A stretch of DNA of 64,000 bases from Vezdaea acicularis (GCA_026025075.1 JAPEUI010000025.1:1-64000), one strand, 5' to 3'; counted from the first letter of the stretch, positions 35,466-48,460 are shown. Notes: generated by a model not told the origin, from the sequence alone. Translations and numbers: made by a program.

Positions 35466-36788
35466 GCCGAACGGGTGGAGACGGTGTATTGTTAGAGTGG
35501 AGTTCGGCAATCCCCAAACTCAGCAACGACGCCTCAGACAGTTGCGTGCTCGATATGACATTCAAAGCGGAGACTCTGATTACGAGACTGTCAGTTTACG
35601 ATGAGACTTGTCTGTAAAAGAATCTCTCCGTACTGACTTTCCACGAGGCGGCCTGAACTTATCGAAGGGGTGCTTGGTCGGATGAAAGGCTGCGTAATAT
35701 AGCTGCCTTGGTGCTCTCTTTAAGGCGCTCGGCCAGTTAGAGAAGTGTCACTGTGTTGAAATGAGTGAATAAGGTGAAGAGGCCTTGTGGTTGTAAGTTT
35801 GATGAGTCAAGAGAATGTCGAAGGGCGGTCGTTGTTATAGCGGACGTGGGGTCCTGACACTGATGTATTTTAGAGCGTCGACACGTTCATCGCCATTCTT
35901 TGCGCACGAAGTGTCGAAGCAGAAGACATGCAGGCACCTCCGATCCGGATTCACAGGGAAGGCAGCTGCGACGAGGTTGTTGCTCGGAGTTTTCAGCACT
36001 TCACGGGCCGGATGGGAATCGAGCGGCGGCGGGGCCACTGGAACAGGGTTGGGGAGGCAGAGAAGGGCCGGCTGGGCTGACAGACAGGTGCTCGCAAATG
36101 CTCGCGGCTTTCCCAGGTGCATTTGCCTTCCGGTTAAGGAGGATTTCATGCGTGGTCCAGCCCGAATCACCTCGCACTCGCTTACCAGGCTGGGTGATAA
36201 CGAGGCCTCGGTGACAAATGAAGACGGTGCTATTCGCGACATCCAAAACTAATTCGTCGACCGACTTTAAAGATGGCGGCAGCACCTAGATCCACTCATA
36301 GAGAGTGGAATACACCTCGGAAAGCTTGAATGAGGGGTCTCGCCTGTGATGGAGGCTCGAATCCTTATAAAGGAGCCACATACGTTGTGTCATGGACTTC
36401 TGGTGGATCAAGTCGTTCCTTCGCCTGCCAACAAACGTGCATAGTCTGGCCAGCGCGGTCGCAAAAAACGCTCTCAGAAGAGAATGATGGTGAGCGGAAT
36501 AAGGAGGATCACTTCGTCGGAAATTTACAAGCATGTAGATTCAATGCCTCAAAGACTTGCTTGGCTTTTCAAGCGCATTGGCCATAGCATTGGATTTTGA
36601 TTTTCGCCGTCTTCATTGTCACCTGGCCTCGGAACGAGCAATTTATGATCGCTTGGGTGACCGGAACAGCGCTTATTCCATTCGCGTCTTTGGGACGCGT
36701 CTTTCTCTTCGGATATCAGACCTTTGCACTTGAAAGTCTCACCAGTACCTCGTCCCACCGATTCTTTATATCTATTTCCACAACCTTG

Positions 36789-37533
36789 ATGTCTGGGACT
36801 CCGCCGCCAGTTCCCTCGCTGCCCAGCTCTCCCCTTCCCAAGCGTCAGAAGACAATGGAGCCCGCGTTGGACAATGTGACAACCACATACACAGACACTA
36901 TAGTTGCGCCAACCGTACCAGCACTACCAGCAACTACTCCAATCGCTTCCTCAACAGCTGCACCGCCCCTACTGATCAAGAAACTGAGTCCAAACGCCCA
37001 GACGCCTACCAGAGGAAGCGCGTTTGCCGCCGGATACGATATCTACAGGTACCTTTCCCCCGCTCCGCATTCCCACCGCCCTTCCACACTCATTCTCATT
37101 TGTCCATACCCCCCCCCAAACCCATTGCCCCTCCGTTCCCTTTCTTCATTCGCACTCTTCATATTAACCCTCTCACCCCAGCTCCGCCCAGACAACCATC
37201 CCCGCCCGGAGCCGTGCCCTCGTCAGCACCTCCCTCGCGATCTCCGTGCCCACGGGCACTTACGGACGCATCGCGCCTCGCAGCGGCCTCGCCGTGAAGC
37301 ACAGCATCAACACCGGTGCTGGCGTCATCGACGAGGATTACCGCGGCGAAGTGAAAGTCCTGCTCTTCAACCACGGAGACGTGGATTTTGAGGTCAAGGA
37401 GGGCGATCGCATCGCGCAGTTGGTGCTAGAGCGGATCGTCACACCGGAAGTCGTGGTGGTGGAGACACTGGAGGAGAGCGGGCGGGGGGCGGGAGGGTTT
37501 GGCAGTACAGGGGGATTTGGCGTGGGCGTTTAG
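36789..37533 (+). CDS. dut1: dUTPase
   Basis: [53 protein letters not shown]. Intron 37049-37181. Confidence 0.96.
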
Positions 37534-37620
37534 ACTGGGTTGACTAGACATGACAGAAAGGAAAGCAGTTGCAATCCACCTTCCTATCGCTGTTCCTGCT
37601 CTGGATAAGGCATGCTCTCA

Positions 37621-38875
37621 TTACTCTACGGGCTCGGCCCTAAACCGCACCTCGGGCTCTCGCAACAGCTCGATATTTCCCACTACGCGCACCTCCAGCG
37701 CCTTGGTCTTCCTAAGATGAATGCGCTTCTGACTGCCCTCTTCCCTCTCCAGCACGGGCTTCATCTGCGCTAAGACTGTGTCCGCCTCCGCCTTCGTCCG
37801 CTCAAGCACGCTCTGCATCGAGCTCAGCACGCGCTCCACAGCTTGCGCTAGGGGCAGGTCTGTCGCTTCCACCTCGTCAGGGGAGACCCAGCTTTTCACG
37901 CCCAAGAGGCCGGCGCGTGCGCAGGCCTCGCGGAAACGGACGAGTACCAGCGAGGCGAACATGTCGCCTGTGCCGCTGAAGAAGGCGTCGAGGGCGGGTA
38001 CGGCGATCTGGAAGAGGCGCGGGGTGCCGCCTGCGCGGGCGGACGAGCCGATGACGCTGATGTGAGAGCTGGATGAGGGGAGGCGCACGGAGGTGATGAT
38101 CATGTGAGGGAGGCGGTGCGCTGTGTGGAGATGGGTGATGGCGGCTTTGAGGGAGGGGAGGTCGGTTATGCTGGTGGAGGAGAGGACTCTGTCTTCTGTT
38201 AGGTGTGTACTATAGGAGGTAGTAAGAGAGGGAGGGACTAACTCGGCTTCGAATTGGTTGGGCACGATTAGATCGGCGTCTTGCAGGAGGAGCTTGTAGG
38301 CTGGCACGACGTCTTCGTCGACGTAAAGCCTGCCTTCATCGCCCATGACGGGGTCGAGCACCCAGAAGAAGGAGCCAGGCTTCATAGTCGCTTTGAACTT
38401 TAGGTCGCGCCCTATTACCCCAACGGCCTTGACGGCGGCGGCGCCGGGGATGTAGCCCGAGAGCATCATGTCAAAGTCGTCGAGGTACGATTGTTTCAAG
38501 CCTTGGTAGATCTCGGTGATCTCTTCAGCGGATGCTTTCGTGCCCTTGAACTGCTTGTAGGCCGTGTGGTTGCCTTTGCAATATCAGCATGTGGCAGACT
38601 GCAAGGTGCCTTGGCATGACTGACTGAACTGGACAGTGTTTAGTGCGGACACCTCACAGCCCAATGATTGCATTATGAGGGTTGCCATTTTATTGCCAAC
38701 ATAGCTGTGACTGATTAGGGCGGAGTCAGAGCTTATTAGCATTTGACCTACCCATATACAACCTATCACGTCTGGGTTAGTACATTTCTTTGGAATGAGA
38801 AATACAAACAGGCAAGCTTACATGGCTTGCGACTGCAAAGACTTTCGTCCCGGGGACCAAAAGATCCGTCGACAT
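37621..38875 (-). CDS. bud16: Pyridoxal kinase (Bud16/PdxK family)
   Basis: AVASHVVYGYVGN (VVYG from an 11-nt microexon, 38762-38752), NTVQFSNHT, LSGY, LDPVMGD, PNQFEAE, FSGTGDMF. Confidence 0.93.
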
Positions 38876-39256
38876 CTTGATAGTAAAGCTGCGTTGAGAA
38901 TGCAGCTAAGCCGGATGAGCTAACGCATGGTGTCAAGTTGGAAGTTGTACACCTTATCTTCCATCTTGATAGAGGAAGTGAGACATGACGTTGAATTATT
39001 TACGTTTCGCTAAACTTTTTGGTTGCGACATTATGCGGACACTGTCAATATCACATGCATAAGAGTAATTTGAGGAATAAGCAGAGTCGTGCTCATTTCA
39101 GAATGGTTGTTAGAAGCTCAAAAAGGGCAGAGAGGATGAATCGCTTTGAATAACTTTCCCGCTCATTCGTCTATCCTAATATTCGTAGACCACCCAAGCA
39201 TTGCCCACCCTCATCTAGCAGATCCCTTTCTCCTTTTCGACCGCATTATCTTCTCA

Positions 39257-40282
39257 CTATTCGTCGTCTCCGATCTATTGGAGGAGAGGATCAGCATCGC
39301 TGGCATAGTAGTGACGGAGATTGTAGTAAAAGAAACGATCGACGCATACCTTGGGCGCCAAATAGAACCGCAAGTAACTGCTTCCGGCGAGCATGTATTC
39401 GACTAGTAAAGGGACTTCGTTCGAAAGACACAACTTAACACTGGTAGACAGCCCACTAGCCTTGCAGAAGTTGACCAGATACTTGAGGGAGAATGTAAGT
39501 GCGACAGGCTCGGAGAGGTCGATCTCAATATTTTGCTCTGGCTTCTCGATATTGGAGTGACTTCGAAGAGTGACTGCTCCGTTGCCGATGTCCCCTGAGC
39601 ATGCGAACTTGACACCGTCCTTGCTAGCTTCAATCGATACTAAAATGGTGGAAATCAATGCTCAGTTGCCTTGCATGACGTAAAGGATGATTGCCCGTAC
39701 CTGACTCTGAGATGTTGGCCAGCTCACGGCAGATCCTTTGAAACTCTGTCGAGGGCATTGAGATAGTGGCGGCGTACTCAGTGTCTGGAATCCCCATATG
39801 TTCTTGATCGATGTCCATAAGCTTGAGATCATATTCGCTAATTCGATCACTCTCGCTGCTCTCAAAACAAAGATTCAAAGAGTCTGGTGAGTCTTCAGCC
39901 TTTAGTGTTAGAATGTCCTCATTCTGTGCGGCCCGAAGGATCTTGGTGAGGGAGGTGAGGTTCATGCCGATTGCTACATTGCGGTCGCATCTGTAGGGAG
40001 AGAATGCATCCGCTTTGAGCATCATAGAAACAAGGGCAACATGGGAATTGTCCATTGCTTGGAGCGCGATGCCCGAGTCATTGCAATCGAAGTTGCAGTC
40101 TTGCACTAGATCTTTGATCGCATCAACCACCTGTTGTTCATGGTCAGTCGTTACCTAGCAACAAACGCGGAGAAAGAAACTACCTACCTTCTTTAGGAGA
40201 TTGGCCTGTTCTAGGCGCGCTTCTAACACTATTCCCTTTTATAAGCAACATGTTTCGCCATGCTATTGAGAGACACCATACT
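39257..40282 (-). CDS. pcn1: Proliferating cell nuclear antigen
   Basis: [56 protein letters not shown]. The ATG is split A|TG by intron 40281-40229. Confidence 0.97.
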
Positions 40283-40536
40283 GTTTGCTAAGAAGTTTGA
40301 TGGCTAAAGCTTGGAAAATTGCTTTCGTTTTGTTCGACTGGGCGACTTTCAGTAATACAATTTGGAAAGTGGGCTAGAAAATTGTCTGAGTACCACTTGC
40401 TTTGCTTTTTGGTTGGAGGATATGCTATGATTCAAGAGGCTCACAACGGTATTCTCAAGATTCCTACAGTTCCTCCTGTGGGTTAAGAGCTTTGATTGTT
40501 TAGCCGTTCAATGTTCCTGTGTTGATAGAGGGGCGA

Positions 40537-40629
40537 TTTCGCGAAGCTCGCGTGCCGGCGTTCCCAAAGCTTGACGCGAGATCGTGTAAAGCGCTCGCAT
40601 CTGCCTAGCACCAACTCGGCTAGCGCGAA
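40537..40629. promoter_or_regulatory. MCB/SCB-like cluster in the divergent PCNA/SF3B1 promoter
   Basis: TTTCGCGAA (40537), TCGCGT (40548), ACGCGA (40574), CGCGAA (40624). PCNA genes are established MBF targets in fungi. Confidence 0.55.
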
Positions 40630-40730
40630 TTCTATGCCAAGCTTTCTCCTTCGACCGAGCAAATCTTACACATCTCGCCGCATCGATTTCTACTTGTCCA
40701 CAGTTTCACTTCTCCGCGCTCACATTCACC

Positions 40731-43700
40731 ATGTCTGAAGGTAACTCCAACATTGGCAAATCCAATAAGAACAACTTGGCTAACTTTTCAGCCGAATTTG
40801 AGGCGATTCGCCAGCTCCAGGTCGAAAGAAACACTAAGAAGCCGTTGTCGCAGAGAGAGACAACCAAGGCTTCCCTCACGGAGACCTTTGACAAGAACCT
40901 ATATAGTGATGACGACCGGTCAAACTATGTCACATCCATCCCTGTGGATGGTGAAGAAGATGAAGATCCGGGCAACAGACTGGTGGGACAATATACGGCT
41001 ACCAAAGCCCAAATGAACGAGTTTGCAAGTGGCGACGATGACATCCTCATGGGCCAAGAGAAGTCTGCTGCTATTGAGCAGCGCGAGACTGACTACCAGA
41101 AGAGGAGATTTGATCGAGTTCTTACTCCTACTTCCGAACAGTCCTCCTACAAAGAAGCTATGGCGACGAGAGAGATTGAAAGGGAGGAGCGACGAGTCCA
41201 AGAGCTGATTGCCAATCAAGACCCAGCGTCTCAGGCTGCATTGCAGGATAGCAGCGACAAGGAGAATGCTGGTGCGACACGCAAGAGGAAGCAAAGGTGG
41301 GATGTCAGCACAGAAGAAGCCACGGAGAAGAAGCGCAGTCGATGGGATCAAACCCCCGTGCCTGGGGAGGAGCCGAAGCGACGATCAAGGTTCGACGTTG
41401 CGCCAGCTGCTACGCCAGTAGGGAACCAAGGCCTTGCTACTCCTATGCACCCTTCACAGACTCCAGCTATGCCTACAGCGTTCGGCACGGACATCTCATC
41501 TCGAAACGCCCCTCTTTCTGATGAAGAGTTGGATCTCATGCTTCCAAGTGAAGGCTTCAAGATTCTCGACCCACCTCCCGGATATGCACCCATTCGAACA
41601 CCTGCAAGGAAGCTCATGGCTACGCCTGCAGCAAGTGCCGCTGGTTTTGGGGGGTTCATGATGCAAGAATCCGAGACGCCACGCCTTGGAAAGCAGCTTC
41701 CAACAGAGATACCCGGTGTTGGAGATCTACAGTTCTTCAAAGCTGAGGATATGACCTATTTTGGAAAACTCGTGGATGGTCAAGACGAGAACACTTTGAC
41801 CGTCGAAGAATTGAAGGAACGAAAGATTATGCGACTTTTACTGAAGGTCAAAAACGGAACGCCTCCAATGCGAAAAACTGCTCTGCGTCAATTGACAGAC
41901 AATGCTCGTCAATTTGGCGCTGGCCCTCTCTTCAACCAAATCTTGCCAATTCTGATGGAACGTTCTCTGGAAGATCAAGAGCGCCATCTACTCGTCAAAG
42001 TAATCGATCGTGTTCTTTACAAGCTTGACGATCTCGTTCGGCCTTACGTGCACAAGATACTCGTCGTCATTGAGCCGCTGCTGATCGATCAGGACTACTA
42101 TGCGCGTGTCGAGGGTCGAGAAATCATTTCGAATTTAAGCAAGGCCGCTGGCCTGGCTCATATGATCAGTACGATGCGGCCTGACATTGACCATGTTGAC
42201 GAGTATGTGCGAAACACTACCGCTCGCGCCTTTGCTGTTGTCGCATCAGCCCTCGGCGTACCAGCTCTCCTCCCTTTCTTGGGTGCAGTGTGCCGCAGTA
42301 AGAAATCATGGCAGGCTCGTCATACTGGGGTTAAGATCGTCCAGCAAATTCCCATTCTTATGGGCTGCGCCATTCTACCACATCTCAAGGGTTTAGTTGA
42401 TTGCATCGCCAACAACTTGAGCGACGAACAGGCGAAGGTGCGGACGGTAACGTCATTGGCAATTGCCGCCCTTGCGGAAGCCGCGAACCCCTATGGTATC
42501 GAGAGTTTCGATGATATCCTCAACCCTCTTTGGACTGGCGCTCGTAAGCAACGGGGCAAAGGCCTTGCTGGCTTTCTCAAGGCAGTGGGCTATATTATCC
42601 CGCTCATGGACGAAGAATATGCAAACTACTATACCAGCCAGATCATGGAAATCCTTCTTCGCGAGTTTTCTTCTCCTGATGAAGAAATGAAGAAAGTGGT
42701 CCTCAAGGTCATATCGCAATGTGCTGGCACGGAAGGTGTGACTGCGGGTTACCTGAAGGAAAATGTGCTGAACGAGTTTTTCAAAAGCTTCTGGGTTCGA
42801 AGAATGGCCCTAGACAAACGCAATTACAGACAGGTTGTTGAGACCACCGTCGATCTCGGTCAAAAGGTCGGTGTCGGTGAGATCGTGGAAAGGGTTGTGA
42901 ATAATCTTAAAGACGAGAGCGAAGCTTACCGCAAGATGACTGTTGAGACTATCGAAAAGGTTATTGCGGGGTTGGGTGCGGCGGACATTGGCGAGCGTCT
43001 TGAAGAAAGATTGGTTGACGGCATCCTCCATGCTTTCCAGGAGCAAAGCGTTGAGGATATTATCATGCTCAATGGCTTCGGTACGGTCGTCAATGCCCTC
43101 GGAACAAGGTGCAAGCCATATCTTCCACAAATCTGCAGTACCATCCTATGGCGACTCAACAACAAGTCCGCAACTGTGCGCCAACAGGCGGCCGACTTGA
43201 TCTCTCGAATTGCGATGGTTATGAAGCAGTGTGGCGAGGATGCTCTTATGGGCAAGTTGGGCATCGTGCTCTACGAATATCTAGGGGAGGAATATCCTGA
43301 AGTGCTGGGTTCTATTCTTGGTGCTCTTCGATCTATCGTTACTGTCGTCGGTATCAACTCAATGCAGCCACCTATCAAAGAGCTGCTCCCTCGGCTTACT
43401 CCAATTCTGCGAAATCGACATGAGAAAGTGCAGGAAAATACGATTGATCTTGTCGGACGTATCGCCGACCGCGGTCCTGAGAGCGTAAACGCTCGAGAGT
43501 GGATGCGAATCTGCTTCGAGCTCCTCGACATGCTGAAGGCTCATAAGAAAGGTATCCGACGCGCGGCTAACAACACGTTCGGCTTCATTGCCAAAGCTAT
43601 CGGCCCTCAGGACGTGCTTGCTACTCTGTTGAACAACTTGCGAGTGCAAGAGCGGCAGTCGCGTGTCTGTACAGCTGTCGCGATAGGCATCGTTGCCGAG

Positions 43701-44243
43701 ACTTGCGCGCCTTTCACTGTCCTCCCCGCGCTGATGAACGAATACCGCGTCCCCGAATTGAACGTCCAGAACGGGGTCTTAAAGTCACTTTCATTCCTTT
43801 TCGAATATATCGGCGAGATGGCAAAGGACTACGTTTATGCTGTCACCCCCCTCCTCGAAGACGCTCTCATCGACCGAGACCAAGTTCATCGACAGACCGC
43901 AGCATCGGTTGTGAAGCATGTCGCGCTCGGTGTAGTCGGTCTAGGATGTGAAGACGCGATGCTCCATCTGCTCAACCTGCTCTACCCCAATCTATTCGAG
44001 ACTAGCCCCCATGTCATTGACCGCATCGTCGAAGCTATCGATGCCATCCGTATGGCAGTAGGGAGTGGTTTGGTAATGAACTACGTTTGGGCGGGGCTCT
44101 TCCACCCTGCACGCAAGGTACGACAGCCGTATTGGAGGCTCTACAACGATGCGTATGTACAAGGGGCTGATGGGATGGTACCGTACTATCCGAACCTGGA
44201 CGAGGAGAGGATCGACAGGCATGAACTGGCGATTGTGCTATAA
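40731..44243 (+). CDS. SF3B1: U2 snRNP splicing factor 3B subunit 1 (Hsh155/Prp10)
   Basis: ULM motifs [25 protein letters not shown] and HEAT repeats to the C-terminus. A 51-nt in-frame intron at 40741-40791 (GTAACT..GCTAAC..CAG) is likely. Confidence 0.98.
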   Translation: MSEGNSNIGKSNKNNLANFSAEFEAIRQLQVERNTKKPLSQRETTKASLTETFDKNLYSDDDRSNYVTSIPVDGEEDEDPGNRLVGQYTATKAQMNEFASGDDDILMGQEKSAAIEQRETDYQKRRFDRVLTPTSEQSSYKEAMATREIEREERRVQELIANQDPASQAALQDSSDKENAGATRKRKQRWDVSTEEATEKKRSRWDQTPVPGEEPKRRSRFDVAPAATPVGNQGLATPMHPSQTPAMPTAFGTDISSRNAPLSDEELDLMLPSEGFKILDPPPGYAPIRTPARKLMATPAASAAGFGGFMMQESETPRLGKQLPTEIPGVGDLQFFKAEDMTYFGKLVDGQDENTLTVEELKERKIMRLLLKVKNGTPPMRKTALRQLTDNARQFGAGPLFNQILPILMERSLEDQERHLLVKVIDRVLYKLDDLVRPYVHKILVVIEPLLIDQDYYARVEGREIISNLSKAAGLAHMISTMRPDIDHVDEYVRNTTARAFAVVASALGVPALLPFLGAVCRSKKSWQARHTGVKIVQQIPILMGCAILPHLKGLVDCIANNLSDEQAKVRTVTSLAIAALAEAANPYGIESFDDILNPLWTGARKQRGKGLAGFLKAVGYIIPLMDEEYANYYTSQIMEILLREFSSPDEEMKKVVLKVISQCAGTEGVTAGYLKENVLNEFFKSFWVRRMALDKRNYRQVVETTVDLGQKVGVGEIVERVVNNLKDESEAYRKMTVETIEKVIAGLGAADIGERLEERLVDGILHAFQEQSVEDIIMLNGFGTVVNALGTRCKPYLPQICSTILWRLNNKSATVRQQAADLISRIAMVMKQCGEDALMGKLGIVLYEYLGEEYPEVLGSILGALRSIVTVVGINSMQPPIKELLPRLTPILRNRHEKVQENTIDLVGRIADRGPESVNAREWMRICFELLDMLKAHKKGIRRAANNTFGFIAKAIGPQDVLATLLNNLRVQERQSRVCTAVAIGIVAETCAPFTVLPALMNEYRVPELNVQNGVLKSLSFLFEYIGEMAKDYVYAVTPLLEDALIDRDQVHRQTAASVVKHVALGVVGLGCEDAMLHLLNLLYPNLFETSPHVIDRIVEAIDAIRMAVGSGLVMNYVWAGLFHPARKVRQPYWRLYNDAYVQGADGMVPYYPNLDEERIDRHELAIVL

Positions 44244-45206
44244 TTAGGGTGTCTATATTTCTTCGACTGTAACTTAGGGTTGCATCCGCTGCGGTATTTT
44301 GGGGGAGAAAGCTGCATACGGGTAGAGCATGCTTGATCGAAGATTGAGAGGGATATTGGAATTAGAATTTATAGATAGGTATAGCATGTAACACCGTCAA
44401 CTTGGGACTGTATGTGCATTATTTGTAACTGTTCCGTCAATAGTATTTACTCGATTTAATGTTCTGGGTCTTGAGAATAAAAGCTGAGCGCTCGTTTCGA
44501 GAGCTACGAGTACGCCGTTCTCTCCCGTGCTGCCTCTAGTCATCCGAAACAAGTTCAGATGAAGGGCAACACGCCTCAATGATCACCGACTGACTATGGA
44601 CCCGCTTTACAGCAAAGCGAAACTTGATTCGAAACGGGAAAAGCAACTTAAATCAGCAGATATCTGTGCAGAACCGGGACATGAAAATTCCAGGCGCGCC
44701 GAGGAGATATCAATACCGCTCTTCCCACCACGTGCTGCCAACACTTGCACTTTCTCGAATCTAAGCTGGAGAACGAAATTATAAGAAAAAAACCCGAGGA
44801 ACGCCGAACTAAAGCTCCACACAAGTGATCCAGCAGCATGAACGCGCAGCAACCTCAAATGATACGACGCACTGCAGCTCCTCCGCGAAAGGGGCGTGAA
44901 GTCTCACGTCAGACGGCCCCAGACGGCTCTAAACGCGCTTCATCCCCGCAAACACAACTTGCAGATCTTCGAGTGGTTTAGTAGGGAGAGAGGCGAGTTT
45001 GTATGGACGTTCTGAGCGCTTATGCGGCTGGGATTGTGGGGTCGCTGCTTATAAGTGTCAGTTTACCCCGGGGGTAGGAGGAGCTTCTGGTAGTTCTTGC
45101 TACAGATCTCTTTTCTCTGCTAGCTACAGTTATATAAAACCCTAGCGCTACCCCCATAAATTCCTCGCTCGTCAGGTCTTCGACTAGAGTTACCACCTAT
45201 CCCGCA

Positions 45207-46463
45207 ATGTCCGCCGACTCTTCTCTCAACGCCTCCCTCCCTACCTCCACGACCACCACCACCAAAAACCCCCCTCAAGCCCCCCCCACAATCCCCACCC
45301 TCCCCTACCCATCCCTCGCCAACCCCGCCCCGCACAACAACAACCAACACCTCATCTCCCTCCTCCGCACCCACGGCTTCATCCGGCTAACGCACCACCC
45401 CATCCCCCCTTCCCTGCTACACGCCGCCTTCGCGCACTCCCGCGCCTTCTTCGCACTACCTCCGGCGGAAAAGGAACTAGCCCCGCACCCCCCCGCAAGC
45501 ACAGGCGTGCATCGCGGATACTCCCGTCCTGGGTTCGAGAGCGTGGGGGGGACGACGAAAGGGGTTACGGGGTTTGATGCCGAAGAGGGTGATATTGATA
45601 TCAATAACAGCAACAACAACAGCAGCAGCAGCAACAAAAAGCCGAGCCCCAACGAAACCGACACCAAGAACGCAACCGTACCACCCCTCGAACTCAAAGA
45701 ATCCTTCGAACTAGGCCACCCCCTCAATCCCCTCCAACCCAACATCTATCCCCCCCCCTCACTGCTCCCCGGCTGGCAAGAATTCATGCTCGACTTCCAC
45801 GCCACCCTCGCCTCCTTCTCGCATACGCTCTTAGACGCCATCGCGGCCGGTCTGGAGTTATCACCTGACGAGCGAGCCAGCTTTTTAGATGTCCATACGG
45901 GTATGAATGATCAGTTGCGCTTACTCTGCTACCCGGCTATTAGCCAGAAGGAGCTAGGAGGGGCTCGGGAGGGAGAGGAAGGGGGAGGCGTGGTGAGAAT
46001 GCCGGGGCATACGGATTGGAGCACTATCACGCTTTTATTCACGGAGCAGGGGACGGATGTGGAGGCGGGGGGCGGTGGGGGCTTAGAGGTGAAGTCCCAG
46101 GACGGGACATGGATTGCCGCCGAAGCACAAGCAGAAGCAGGGGATGACAAAGACGGATTAAACACCGTCCTGGTCAATGTAGGAGATATGCTAATGCGCT
46201 GGACCAACGGCATTCTACCCAGCGCCGAACATCGCGTGGGACTACCCTCTCTTCCTCCCTCTTCCACTTCGTCCCCCGCTTCATCCGCACAACCCTCTCT
46301 AATCCCCGCACGTTTCTCAATCCCCTATTTCGTGGCCGCGGACGCCGATACACTAGTCACGCCCTTCGCGAGCTGTGTCTCGGAGAGTAGGCCACGGAGG
46401 TATGTACCTGTTACGCAGGGGGAGTATGGACGGGTGAGGGGACGGGGGCAGTTTCTTGAGTAA
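45207..46463 (+). CDS. 2-oxoglutarate/Fe(II)-dependent dioxygenase (IPNS/DIOX_N family)
   Basis: GFIRLTHH..FFALP..K, RGYS, KESFE, LRLLCYP, HTD, VNVGDMLMRWTNG..HRV, RFS. Confidence 0.9.
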   Translation: MSADSSLNASLPTSTTTTTKNPPQAPPTIPTLPYPSLANPAPHNNNQHLISLLRTHGFIRLTHHPIPPSLLHAAFAHSRAFFALPPAEKELAPHPPASTGVHRGYSRPGFESVGGTTKGVTGFDAEEGDIDINNSNNNSSSSNKKPSPNETDTKNATVPPLELKESFELGHPLNPLQPNIYPPPSLLPGWQEFMLDFHATLASFSHTLLDAIAAGLELSPDERASFLDVHTGMNDQLRLLCYPAISQKELGGAREGEEGGGVVRMPGHTDWSTITLLFTEQGTDVEAGGGGGLEVKSQDGTWIAAEAQAEAGDDKDGLNTVLVNVGDMLMRWTNGILPSAEHRVGLPSLPPSSTSSPASSAQPSLIPARFSIPYFVAADADTLVTPFASCVSESRPRRYVPVTQGEYGRVRGRGQFLE

Positions 46464-46480
46464 ACACAGAAGAAAAGGGA

Positions 46481-46499
46481 GGGGGGGGGGGGGGGGGGG
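46481..46499 (+). repeat. Poly-G tract
   Basis: Run of about 19 G just after the oxygenase stop codon. Confidence 0.9.
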
Positions 46500-47274
46500 A
46501 AGAGGGTTATTGGGGGCGAGAGATGTGGGATTGTAGCGATTAGGAGGGTTGATGGGAATGAAGACAAAGGGGCGGGGGGAGGAAGTGGTGGTATTTACGA
46601 TGTCGACTGCGGGCCGCCGCGCGGGTTATAGCCGGTGCTTTTGCTGTGTTCCTCCCCGCAGCAGCAACAGCAGCAGTATCACATCACAACTATCTTATCA
46701 GCGCGTGGCCAAGCCCCGAGACTTATCTGCTAAGCGGTAGGGTCGTGAGATCGAGCTGCAGATAGGGTACCGAAACGATTGGAGATGGAACTGGAAATGA
46801 TGGGATGGATGGTATTGAGCGTTACAGTGTAGTTGTAGGTAGGTAGGTGAAGAAGTTCCCCCGGTGGACGTTGTACTCATGCTGTGCTGCGCCGTGGAAA
46901 GAATGCCGCGACGGTCGATGCATGTCGTCGAGGTTCCTCTAGCTGTACCCGTCTGTTATTATCGGGTTGGGATGATCACTTGACCCAGACCCTTCGCCAT
47001 TGAACTGAGAGTATCTGGAACACGTAAAGTCTTTCAGCTGAGGAGGAGTGATCTTGACCTTTGCCTGAGAAATAGGGGGTCCGGTGCTTGATTGATACTT
47101 TGAAAAGGGGGGAGGAGCAGTCTATGCTGGCACGGCGGAAGTCACTGGGCGCTACACGCGACACGGGAGGACGAAGGATTGAGCAGACTATGTACAAAAA
47201 GGGCGTTGCCGCGTCCTAAAGATTTTCGGTTTCCTAGACCCTAGACAGTTTCTGCTCTTCTAACGGAGCTCCAT

Positions 47275-48460
47275 CTAGGTCGCCGCGGGTGAAGTGAGAA
47301 TATTTCCTGTGAGCAGCATCAGTAACCGTCGTAACCAGACCACTCAATATCAGCAGCAGGAAATCACCACGTACCTCCATCCGGATAGACGATCTGGCCA
47401 TTCAAGAACGTGCTAGCGGGTCCAGCCAAAAACAGGATACACGCGGCCATATCGGGTTCTTCCCCGTACCTCCCGGCGGGGTTACTCGCTTTGCTATGAT
47501 CGAGCTCGGACTTGTTGGTCTGGTTGGAGGAGCTGCCGGCGGTCATCTCGCTCGGGAAGACGCCCGGCGCGATGGAGTTGACACGGATCTTGGCGTCGGC
47601 GAAGGTGGTCGCCATCATGCGAGTGAGGTGGATGAAGGCGGCTTTGGAGGTGGCGTAGGCGAATTGGCCGCCGCTGCTGCCTTTCATCACGCCGGATATG
47701 CCTGGGAGCTTGATGTTAGCAATACTTGCTGTGACAATGCTTCCAGAGATTTGGTGGGGAGGAAAGAATTACTTGTGATATTTACGATGCTTGGGGAATA
47801 CCCGCGTGTCGAATCTCGTGCCTTCCCTAGTAGTGGGAGGAACGCCGCCGAGACGAAAAACTGGGCGGTGACATTCGTGTTCAGGGTCTCCTGCCACAGG
47901 TCGAATTCAGACTTCATCAAGTGGTCCGAGATGGCTTGTGCGTCGGAGAAGTCCGGTGACCCGTGCGAAGAGTACCCAGTATTATCACGAGCGATGCCAG
48001 CGTTGTTGACCAAGAGGTGGACTCCCTTGGGCTCGTGCTTGGCGACCTCATCCGCAAGCCATTTGATATCGGATTTACTGCTGATGTCTCCGGGAAGTCT
48101 GATGTACTGTTAAACCGTGACTGCAATTGGTTTGTATGGAATATCTGTATAAACTCACGCAACAATCTTGCCGGGACCAGTGCTATACTGATCGATGGCT
48201 TTGTTCAGCGCATCCTCCCTCCTTCCAGTAATGTAGACTTTTGCTCCATTTGCCACAAGGGCCTGAGTGATCATCAGACCAATTCCAGTAGCTCCACCAG
48301 TCACAACGGCCGTGTAATTGTTGACGTCGAATAGCTTCGACGCCTTCAAGTTATCGTGGCTCGCTTTGCCGGTGGCCATGTTTCTTGCAAGACTTGGATA
48401 TGATTTATTTACGGTCGAATATGACGGTATTCTCGAAGCTCTTTGGAACACTCGAAGCAT
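47275..48460 (-). CDS. Short-chain dehydrogenase/reductase, 4 exons
   Basis: VVTGGATGIG, LVNNAG, YATSK (YxxxK), RVNSIAPG, NGQIVYPDGG. In-frame ATGs at 48460 and 48379. Confidence 0.92.

Noticed and set aside
44787..44960. GC-rich, hairpin-prone stretch ending in a T7 run on the minus strand (possible Pol III ncRNA or snoRNA)
   Set aside because: No tRNA A/B boxes and no complete U3, SRP, RNase P/MRP or C/D motif set found by eye. An Rfam cmscan would be needed.
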